Sequence record: OR532817.1
Strand: one strand, 5' to 3'
DNA length: 64,000 nt
In this document: positions 48,160 to 59,500 of the stretch, piece by piece
How positions within the stretch are numbered: position 1 is the first letter of the stretch
Layout: every line of letters begins with the position of its first letter
The notes under the pieces: model-generated
The model's database searches: none
What the model was told of the DNA's origin: nothing
What the model saw: only the letters and a program-made list of their open reading frames with translations
Translations under genes and position numbers: made by a program

Positions 48160-50469
48160 ATGAATCTACAAAAACTATTTAAAGTAAGCGATGATCTGGC
48201 AACTTCTCTTGGTCATACATATCTTACTATTGACCATATTAGTGCTACACTTCTTGAAGTTGATAGTATTGTAGAACTATTCAATACCATGAATATTGAT
48301 ACAAATAAACTTCACAGTCGTGTGATGAATTTTCTGAAAAGTACTGAATATCCAAATCAACCGGCTAGTATGTCAGCTAATGGGACTAACAGTAGTTCTT
48401 TGTTGGTAAATCGCGTATTCAATGAACTGTCAAAAAAATCAGTTATTGAACAACTTAAACGTGATGATTTTACAATTGATTCATACTTTGTACTATTTGA
48501 ATGCTTGTCTTTCCCTAATACAGCACTAGAAGCTGCGTTAAAAGAAGAAGGCGTGTCTCGCACTGAAGCAGCACGTGCATTACAAAAACATGTGGCGAAA
48601 ATCGATAGTTCCATCAATCTACAAAGTATTGCTGAAGATCCTAATTCATCAGATAAGAAAGCGACGGCGGGACAAATGAATGCAATTAAACAAAAAACTC
48701 TAGAAGATTTTACTGTAAACCTGACTAAACTTGCACAGGAAGGTAAACTTGACCCAATGATCGGTCGCCAAAAAGAACTTCAATCACTAATTGAAGTAAT
48801 GGCACGTAAAAACAAAAAGAATGCTATTCTTACTGGTGATGCAGGAGTCGGTAAAACTCAGATCGTCGATGGTTTTGCACAAGCCATTGCTGATGGTGAC
48901 GTACCTGACTATCTGAAAGGTGTTGAGGTATTATCTCTTAACGTTTCTGCTGTAACTGCTGGTACAAAATACCGTGGTGAATTCGAAGAACGTATGGAAG
49001 GTATTATTAAAGAACTTAAAAAACGAGAAAATGTAATTTTGTTCATTGATGAAGTACATATTATGATGGGTGCTGGTGGTAGCAGTACTGGATCTATGGA
49101 TATGAGCAATATCATGAAACCAGCACTTTCACGTGGTGATATTCGTGTTATCGGTGCAACAACTTATGAGGAATATCGCCAGAACATTGAAAAAGATGCT
49201 GCATTTTCCCGCCGATTCACCAAAATTGATGTAGTTGAACCTAGTATTAACGAAACACGTGAAATTATTAATGGACTGAAAGGTACTTATGAAAAATATC
49301 ACAACGTAACATTCAGTACTGAAACAATTAACTCAATTATTAATCTGAGTTCTAAATTTTTACAAAATAAAAAGTTTCCAGATAAAGCAATTGATCTGAT
49401 GGATAGTGCTGCTGCTAAAATTCGTTCAGAAAAACGTTCAGATCTAAAAGTTACGGTACGTGATATTGAAGAAGTTGTGTCCAGAATCACAAACCTTGAT
49501 ATTAGTGTTATTTCTTGTACTGAAAGTGAACGCATGAATAATCTACCCGATGTTCTACGTTCGCGTGTATTTGGTCAAGATGAAGCAATCGAAAAATTGG
49601 TCGATAACGTTATGGTTGCACGTGCTGGGCTACGTGATAAATCAAGTGTTCAGGGTGCTTTCATGTTTGTTGGACCATCTGGTACTGGCAAAACTGAAAT
49701 CACAAAAGCACTTGCTGAAGCAATGGGTTCTGAGCTAATTCGTTTTGATATGTCAGAGTTTTCGCAAGACCACACTGTATCTAAACTTATTGGTTCACCT
49801 CCTGGATATGTAGGACATGAAACAGGCAATGGTCAGCTTCTTGATAAAGTTGAACAATTCCCTAATGCAGTACTTCTACTGGATGAAATTGAAAAAGCAC
49901 ATCCAAAAGTACTGCTGACATTCCTACAAGTATTGGATGAAGGGCGTTTGACTGGTTCACAAGGAAAAACAGTTTACTTTAATAATATTACTGTTATTAT
50001 GACTACAAACCTTGGAGCAGCAGATTCCAATAAACGTAGTATCGGTGTAAGTACAGTGGATTCTGCACAAGAAAAAGCTATTAAAGCATTTTTACCACCA
50101 GAATTCATCAATCGCATTGATAGTATTGTTAAATTCAATGAACTATCATCAGAAGCAATTGATAGTGTAATTGACAAGTTTATGGGGGCATTGCGTGAAC
50201 AAGTTAAAGAACGTGGAATTGAAGTGGTACTGACCAAACGTGCACGAGAATATCTTGCAGAGAATGGTGTTCAGAACGGCATGGGTGCTCGTCCAATGAA
50301 ACGTTTGATTGAGCAATGCATTCGTGTACCTTTGGCAAAAGAAATGCTTCTAGGCTCTCTGGTGAACGGTGGTAAGGTAACGTTTGATGTGATTGGTGGT
50401 AAGATTGCAATTAAACAAAAAGTTAAAAAATCCACAAAGGAAATTGATTCAGCAGAATTAGAGGCGTAA
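48160..50469 (+). CDS. clpA: ClpA-like Hsp100 ATPase
   Basis: two AAA modules (GDAGVGKT, FIDEVH; GPSGTGKT, LLDEIEKAH), FDMSEF, LIGSPPGYVG, GARP; no M-domain. Confidence 0.93.
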   Translation: MNLQKLFKVSDDLATSLGHTYLTIDHISATLLEVDSIVELFNTMNIDTNKLHSRVMNFLKSTEYPNQPASMSANGTNSSSLLVNRVFNELSKKSVIEQLKRDDFTIDSYFVLFECLSFPNTALEAALKEEGVSRTEAARALQKHVAKIDSSINLQSIAEDPNSSDKKATAGQMNAIKQKTLEDFTVNLTKLAQEGKLDPMIGRQKELQSLIEVMARKNKKNAILTGDAGVGKTQIVDGFAQAIADGDVPDYLKGVEVLSLNVSAVTAGTKYRGEFEERMEGIIKELKKRENVILFIDEVHIMMGAGGSSTGSMDMSNIMKPALSRGDIRVIGATTYEEYRQNIEKDAAFSRRFTKIDVVEPSINETREIINGLKGTYEKYHNVTFSTETINSIINLSSKFLQNKKFPDKAIDLMDSAAAKIRSEKRSDLKVTVRDIEEVVSRITNLDISVISCTESERMNNLPDVLRSRVFGQDEAIEKLVDNVMVARAGLRDKSSVQGAFMFVGPSGTGKTEITKALAEAMGSELIRFDMSEFSQDHTVSKLIGSPPGYVGHETGNGQLLDKVEQFPNAVLLLDEIEKAHPKVLLTFLQVLDEGRLTGSQGKTVYFNNITVIMTTNLGAADSNKRSIGVSTVDSAQEKAIKAFLPPEFINRIDSIVKFNELSSEAIDSVIDKFMGALREQVKERGIEVVLTKRAREYLAENGVQNGMGARPMKRLIEQCIRVPLAKEMLLGSLVNGGKVTFDVIGGKIAIKQKVKKSTKEIDSAELEA

Positions 50470-50473
50470 AAAC

Positions 50474-50504
50474 AAAAGGAGAGCATAAAAGCTCTCCTTT
50501 TTTA
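50474..50504. terminator. bidirectional terminator
   Basis: AAAAGGAGAGC/GCTCTCCTTTT. Confidence 0.85.
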
Positions 50505-53500
50505 TTATATAACATTTAACAAGTTATTGAGTACCAAACCGTCAATTTTCAATGAATTAGCATACACACTTACATCAATTGGTTTGTAATAATTTTTATA
50601 AACACTAAAATTAAGTTCAACACCAAGATTGATACCAGTGAATGTATATGTTTCACCTTTAGCAAAATAGTGTTCAGCACTATACATATCTGAACGAAGG
50701 ATATTGTTATTATTTCGCACATGAACTTTTTCATATCCAAGTACGATAATATCATCATAACTAGTACTACCAGTAATGATATTATCCTTAACACTATATG
50801 TACCAACTGAAACTGGCTCCACCACATAAGTGGTATTTTCATTCTCAACTTTAGTAACACTGGTTACTGTACAAGTTGTATCACCGATATACACTTTATC
50901 TGTTAAATCATATGAGTAAGTCCATCTTACACCATCGAACACAGGTTTAATATCATCGACGTCATATTCATATACAGTAAACTCTAAACTTTCTGGAGTT
51001 CCAATACGAACCAGTTCATCTAATGTACCAACACCAGTATTTGGCATGAAATATCCACTATCAACCACACCATCAGAAGTTTCAACTAACTCATTAGAGA
51101 TTAGCCAAACATCCAAATCTAATGGATCTATTTCATCCGTGTAATCACCATTATTCAAAGAAATATCATAGAATACATCATAGTCCATAACATCAACTCT
51201 GTAATTTCTTATACTTTCATACAACAAATCACCATTGTTATTGAACTCATGGTCTGCAAAACTTCTAATACGAATAACATTTATACTTGTTTTTGTATAA
51301 GGTTCACCAGTATTATTAGTGGTTAAATTATTAAACTCAAGTTTATTTCCATTTGAATCAACCAAAGAATAAATTCCGTTATTAAGCTCAACTTCAAACA
51401 TAATAGGTCGATCATTCTCTTTGATTTTATCAGTACTGAGAATAAGTTCATGAGTAAAGTTCTGGTATCTGTAATAATCATCACCATCTGGGGTAAACAC
51501 CATAACTTTATCACCACTATTGAGATTACTATTTTTCATCAAGAATTCAGTACTGCTTATAATACTATCAATAGTACTGATATAATTATAAGAGTCTTTC
51601 TTAATTACAGTGCGGTTTACATAGTTTTGTACCAGACTATATGGAGGAATGCTCACAATAGCTTCTGTACGCTTGTATGGATTGAGAACAACAAAACCCT
51701 CTATCTGGAATCGACTAAAGTCTTTAATCTGCTGTAGAGATGTAGAATCGTTACTATAACCATCTACTGTAAAACGCATTTGTGAAATAGCATTAGCACT
51801 TGGGTTCAACTCGGAAATATCAATGAAAACTGATTCAGTCAAATCACCTTCGTAGCTCAGTGCGACAGTTTTATATTGAGATTCCAAACCTAAATTATCA
51901 TAAGCATTCATATCATTATAATACTTCTGCCCCTTGATTCCCTCAAGTACAACCATGTAGTCACTGTACATTGGATTATTATCATCCATTTCCAGATCAT
52001 CCATATCAATCTCAACTGCTGTAACTACTGAACCATCAGTAATGAAAAGATCTTCCATATATTCATCAATGCTACGATCATCAGGAATACTAACATAACT
52101 ACCGTTAATATTGAATCTAATATATTTTCTCGGGATCATTACAAATGCCTGAATATCCATTGATTTACGATTACTATTCAGAATATCCTCTGCATATGCA
52201 TAAGGATCATCACTGTCTTTATCAAACGTGTTACGAATAGCAGTTAGTACATGGATAGCATCTTTGTAATAACGACCCTGAGAATCAATATCATATTTGA
52301 AACAATAGATACCGTATTCAATTTCCATTACGCTTCTGATGGTTTCTTCATCAGCATCTGGTGTTTCTTCCAAAATAAGTTCTCTATAATGGGCGAATAA
52401 ATCCTCACTAATTTCAAAATATCCCATGTTGAAGTCAGAACTTGAACTAAAACCAAAAGGTAATCTCGTATTCGGATTATCATTGTAAATTTCACCACTC
52501 AGACCACAACCAATGGTATCATGGATTACATCTGAACTCATTGAACTATAAAGTTTTAATCTATTACTCAATGTATTATATTGTGAATACATTCTAACAT
52601 CTTGTGTTAAGTTAGAAGTACTATACAATTCAGAAGTGATTCTGTCTAAATCAGAAGTGAAACTTTCAGTTCTTTCAGCATCATCAACGTTCAATTTATA
52701 CCATGCATTGATAGCATCAACCAAATCCAGGCTTGTATCAAAATCAGAATATAGTTCAAACATATCAACAGAAATCTGAGTATAAATTTCATCTACCTCA
52801 ACAACTGGTAGTGTATACTTGAAACGCTGGATTTCATAGTACTGTACATTATCATCAGAATTACTTACATACTTAGCATTGTTCTCTTCCAGACTTGTAA
52901 CATCATATAAATCACTATCAGGCTGGCATTGAACATTATCAAATTGCATTGAGATATCAATTTCCTGGAATTTTCTATCTGGGTAAACGAAGTCGTTTGG
53001 TATTGAACCAACTACCACCCATTGTCCAGTACTTTCATTATATTCAGCATATTCATAATCCCAAATATCAGATTGTGTTTTAACCCAAATTGTACCGTTA
53101 TATTCATAACCATTTGGATCTAAATCATTACAAACACCATAAACATAATCAGTGTCGGATGTTTTCTGTTCAATTTGAGAACGAATTTTAGTCCTGTACG
53201 GTTTAACTTCATTGAAATATTCAATAATCTGATTAATCAATTCGTCATTAGTGTAATTTTGTTTAAGTGATTGTTCTAACCCAACAATATAAATGTATGA
53301 AGTTTTGAATACCCAATCAACCACACCCTGTTCAACGTGTACGTATTTAACCATGTCAAATACAATATTACTTTGAGCTAAATCGAATGTATTTTTGATT
53401 AAATCTAATGCACTTCTTACATTAATTTCCTTGTTGCTTAAAGAACCATCACTGTTATAAACTTCATACCCATCATATAAAGATGAATTAAGAGCGATTG

Positions 53501-56500
53501 TGCTGTTTTGACGCCCAATAGCATTCCAGAATACAGTATTACGTGATGATGTTTTCACATACATTGTCCATCCATCTGAATCAGTGATTCGAATAACATC
53601 ACCAACTTGATAGTTTTTGGTATTAGCTATATCCAGGCTGGCTTCCTGTGTATAATCAGTATTTTCATCATACCCATCACTATACCAGTCAGCATATTCC
53701 CAGTACTGGGTCATGTCAAGAGAAGTACCAAGTGATTCAACATAATCACTCTGTTTAATCATACTATGTTGTCCTTCACCTAGACCTTCCAGTGTGATTG
53801 TTGATGGATTAGCATCAGTACTCTTTGTAGTCATGAATCTTATATAACCATTACTATCGTAGTGGACGAAATATACTGAAGTTGTATCTAGCGGGGATGG
53901 TAATACACCAGTACTACTCAAAATTACTGCATCGTTTTCATCGAATTTATCAAAATCAGTTGAGACAACAAATTCGTTATTGTATGCCAGAACCCTGAAT
54001 GTAACTGAATTTTCATTCACCTCAGTAGTTTTAACATTGAAAACTTCACTCATTAATACCGTATCAGTTATGATATTTTGTGTTTTGTAATAATTATTTG
54101 CACTATCTACAAACGTTCTACGAGCTTCAATCAAATCCATAAACCAGGTTTTAGATGAACCCAACCCTAATTCTACATCAGGATAAACAATTTCATTTAC
54201 TACACCACTCTTCGTGGTTTCGTGTCCTTTCAGAGAATTCCACAGAGAATTCCATATATCTGAATTGAAATTATAGCTATCTCCTTCTTTACATAGCTGA
54301 TATTGTTCATGTTTAATAATATCAACACTATCTTCATGATAAGAAACTGTCAAAATGCTGGTATCATCAGTAATTTCATATTGCATATTACTAAGAATGA
54401 ATGAATTCTCGTTAATTGGTGCAAACCAAGGAACGTCCAGTAAATGTGGATCTTTAATAATACGTGCAATATCAGTACATGATTTACTTCTGGTGTTAAT
54501 TGGTGGTACATAAATTGTATCTCTTACCCAGAAATAATAATACGTAACATATGAATCAGTTGTTTCATCATACTCAATGAATGAAGTATAATTATCCATG
54601 ATTGCAGTACCAGAAGGTATATACATAGTGTTATTTTTATTATTTTTAGTTTGTTCCTGACAGTATTTGTCCCAATTATATGGCTGTACTGGAGATTTAA
54701 CCCACTCAAGAACATTAATATCACTATGTGGTAGCAATCTACCCCAGTTATAACGACGATATTCATTTGTAGCATCTTCATCAATGTCACCATTCTCATC
54801 CAGTACTGGGCGAGTGTAATCCAAATAAAATGCAGTACTGGTGTCCCACCATACTTGACCAACTTTCTCAGAACCCCATGCTTGAAGAGTTTCTCCATTG
54901 CTATTGTACTGAGCAGGGTCTACTGGAGAGATATAAGATACATCTTTCATTGCAGTCCCAGGTAAAACACCATTAATTGGGTCAAATATATTAAGATATA
55001 ATTCAGTAATGTTTGTTTTTGAATTATAAGTAGATGGTCTATCAAATAAAGTACTATCTGGAACATCAAAACTGTATTTTTTATCAATATATGCCTGGCG
55101 TTCGGTTGTATCACTGAATCTGGATGTATATTTGTACAGTTTTGGTCTTGTATCTGGATCAGTGAAATTAATTGTGATACTTGTATCAAACGGAACAACA
55201 ATTTTAGTTTTATCATCACCTGCCGTGAAATATTGACTTTCTACTGTTAATGCATCTGGCATAAAATATGTATCATCAACAAAATAATAATAATCACCAT
55301 CATCTAATGGAGCTTCGGCATCTAATTGAACAGTACAGTACTGTTCAGCATAAGTATCAGTATTTTCAATTGGAGTAATTGATAACATAGATACACCAGT
55401 ATCAACTAAATCAAAAATGTTCCATTCCTGATTCATATCAACGAACATCCACACTGAATCTGGATTTTCACCATTATTTTTAATATAATTCATGCGGTCT
55501 TCATATGAATCCTGATAAGTCCATGTAGTATAAGATACTTCATTTAAATTAACTGGGCCAATATCAGGTAAATGGATATTATCACTCTTTCCTGAACGCA
55601 TCGGGAAGCGGAATTTACCTTTAGGACGAGTAATCCATCTGGAATCTTCACCTTGTGAACCATAATAAACTATTTCAGTACTACTTGTACTTGTATTAAC
55701 ATCTTTATTAAACGTAACCAGTTGTGGTTCTTGTTTAAAATCACTGTTAATTAATTGAAATTGTAAATTTTTCTTGGCATTAACGTTTCCATAAGTACCA
55801 ACTTTAAAAGCCCACTCTTGTAGTGCTTTATATTCATCAGTATTATATGATTTAGATACACGAAGAACGCGTTCCATTACCAAATTAGAGCCTTTATCTC
55901 TAATAAAACCACGATAAAAATCAACACGGTTGGGATTATTAGTGATCATTTGCTGTAAGTAATCACGAGTTTGATATCCAATAACATGAGTACTTAGATC
56001 ATACAGTTGAACATCAGAAACAGGATCATTTGAATCATAATAATGTTGGAAATTAGTAACTAATGTTTCAAATGATGGTAATGTACCAGCTTCAAGAATT
56101 ATAAATCCGGGTGCTTGTAGGCGACCAACCCAGTTATCAGTGATATAACCGTACATTTTCACCAATTCCTGAATAGAACCGAATGTAGGTTGATAAATGC
56201 TATCACCAAAAATAGTTTTATCATCAAATACCACTGCATGTTCCCATGAACATACACCTAAACGAACCAACGCCATGCGTTTATCGGCATCTTCATTAAC
56301 TCTAACAGTGAAAACATTACCAATTCTTGATGTTTCAACTTCATATGGGTAGATACCACTGTTATCATCGTCCAACAGACTCCAGACACCACCATTTGTT
56401 TCACTAATACTTTGTACTGAGCCAAAATAAGTTCCGAATTTGGCATTTTTAGAGCTTGGTGTACATGAAATGTAATCACCAATGGTTAAATCTGTGGTAC

Positions 56501-59500
56501 TCCATTGTAAAAAGTACTTAGCAATAGTAGACCAGTCCTGTTGTACCCCAGTGTCATCAACATCTTCAAAAATCCATCCATGTTCAACAAGATATTGACC
56601 ATATCCACACAGGAATGTATAAACATCCTGGAATGTGTTAAGAATAGATCCATATTCAAGCGTATCATCTTCTTTCCATTCCATATAATGAACAACAGTG
56701 CGATTTCCTTCAGTTACGGTTACTTTTTTACCATTTTTAACTGGTAATTTATAAGTAAACGTAGCATTAACCAAATCATAACCTTTAATAATATAATTAC
56801 TACCATTGAAAGTGATTTTAACTGCACTAAGAACTTCATTTTTGATATTATTAGAGCGTACCAGTCCGATTGTTTGGTTTTCTTGTGAAATTAAACCAAA
56901 CGATTCAGATGTAAATGTTAATTCATTGCTCTTTGTAAATCCACCAAGCTTGTGTGCAATACTGATGTATGAAGTTCTAACTAAATCACCATATTTTGAA
57001 GTAATATTCTTACTTTGATAGGTTAAGTAGTTACTAACAGCCATTTGATAACCAAGAACACGAGTATTATTTTCACCATGAACCACCGTATCTGAATTAA
57101 AATTCAGTCGAGTTCTGGTTTCTTTGTACTGCAATTGTAAACCACCATTTTTTACAGTTTTTAGTGTATCATTTAGTGTATCCCAGAAATAATTACAGAA
57201 TTGTGCTGGTTTTGCACGATATATCTGCATCATTACATCATAACTAAACATTGCGTTATTCATATAGGTGAATTCGTTGTCACCCATATCACCATAAGAC
57301 CATGGTGCACTGCGTTCTTTGATCGTACCTTTTACTAAACCAAGAACGTCAGGTTGAATATAATCAACGGTACAAATTTCTTTACCATTAGTTGAATATT
57401 CACCTGTTTTAGTAATTACAAATGGTTGAGTACCAAAACGCTTGTACTTATCATGCTGTCCCTTACGATCTCCATATAAAATGGTACCAGTACTGGCATC
57501 ACCTTTAACACCATTAACATCCCAAAGACCACTTGGTACTAATTCACCACTTTCATTAACAACCAATGCTTCATATACATATAAAATGTCATCTTCATTC
57601 GTTCCTACCTGAACTTCAGTTGGTTCATATTCCTGATTCCACCAGGTTGGACGAACACCAAAGCCAAACATTTCCCATGGATGAGTTGCAGGGCGATAAG
57701 TCCCGAACTGATCAGTATATATGGCACGCCAAGAACCACGTGCAGGAAAATCGGTAATTACACCATTAACTGTATAATAGGTACCACTATAATTCCACGT
57801 CATCCAGTTTTGTTGGTCATAATTATGAGTAGTACTGTCAATTCCGTTGGTTGCAATGAAGTTAATATACCCACGTAGTAATAATTCATCACGTTCTTCT
57901 GCACTATACTCAGTATCCCTGTAATATGGTGTTGGAAACAGATCTGAACTATCAAGTTCAGGTTGATAATCTTCATCTTTGAAAGTATTATCAATACTGT
58001 TATAAATTCTATTCTCAAGTTCATAGATAACATCATCCATTTTATCTACACCGTTAATAACACGATAAGATTTGGTAATTTCACCAGTATGACGAATGTT
58101 ATATGGTACTTGTTTTGATGCCGCAGTCAGATATACAGTTTTTTCTGGTTTATGTACTTTAAGAACACCCATAAATTGTGGTGTAGGTGGAATAAAAGTA
58201 CGAATTGTAGTTGTAGTGCTCCCTACGCCATCATAATAGAACGCAAAAGTAGAATCTTTACCAACATTGATATTACTTAAAATAGCATCACAAATATCAC
58301 TACTTGAAGTGCTCAAAAATTTACTTGGGTCTTCTTTATACATATTAAGCATGTAGTTTTCAAATCTGTTATTAAAACGAAGATATTCACCTTGTAAAAA
58401 CATTAATGCTTCAAAAAGATCAATGTCACTATTAGCAGTATGTGCCATTAGTGGAAGTAGTGATCCTTCGTTTTGAATAATTTTAGTACCAACAGCATTA
58501 TCAACTAACCCTTGTTCAAGACGTTCTTCATAATTATTGATATTATCCACGGCACCAGATGTGATATTTTTTTGTACAATTTCCTGAAAATGTAAAGTAT
58601 AATTACTTTGATCAATATAAGAAATATTATCACTATATGGGTTATTTTGTAAATTTACTGGAATTTCATAACTACCAAGATCGGTATCTGGTACTTCAGT
58701 ACTACTATAAGTTCTGATTTGAATTACGCTTTCGGAGTCTAAATCAACTGAATCACCAATGGTGATGCTTTGTACTTTACCATTAGACACATTTCTAGTA
58801 TAATCTTCAACTACAACACCATTGACCTGAATTTCAATGATATCTGAACTTCCATCAATGACTTTTTGTGCCAGTTCATAACTGCGGTTATACAATTCAC
58901 TCTGGATACCTTCAGTGTTTACCATATGCCAGTCATAATAAGTTTCAGATTCTTCTTTGTAGTATTGATAGGTTGCATTGGTTTCAATAACATATGCATA
59001 CATACCATCAATGGCTTGACTGGAAAAGCTTTCCATTTCATATACAGTACTGAACACTCTGTACATATCAGTGCGTTCAACTTGAGGTGTTTGTTTTACA
59101 AATTGTTTAGAAAATTCAGTACTACGAACCCAGTCAGTTTTTAATACACTATCTTCATCACCAATGATATTGTAATAATAAAATCCTGGGATTTCTTTAG
59201 TTTCACCAGAACTGATGTATTCATAACGAGTACTTTCAATAAAATTTTCGTATATATAATAATTATAATCACCCAATTCTACATTATATCCATAATAACT
59301 ATCAACTTTGTAGTTGTAGTTAATTTTTAGTCCAAACAGAGAAGAACCACTGAAGGTACTTGACGGATATACAGTACTATCTTGTAATTTTACACCATTT
59401 CGATCATATAACTGGAAAAGAGGGAATGCATTTGTTCCATTCTTTTTCTGAGTTGCAATCCAGTTATGCCCATTCCAGTACATAGTGGTATTTCCATAAA

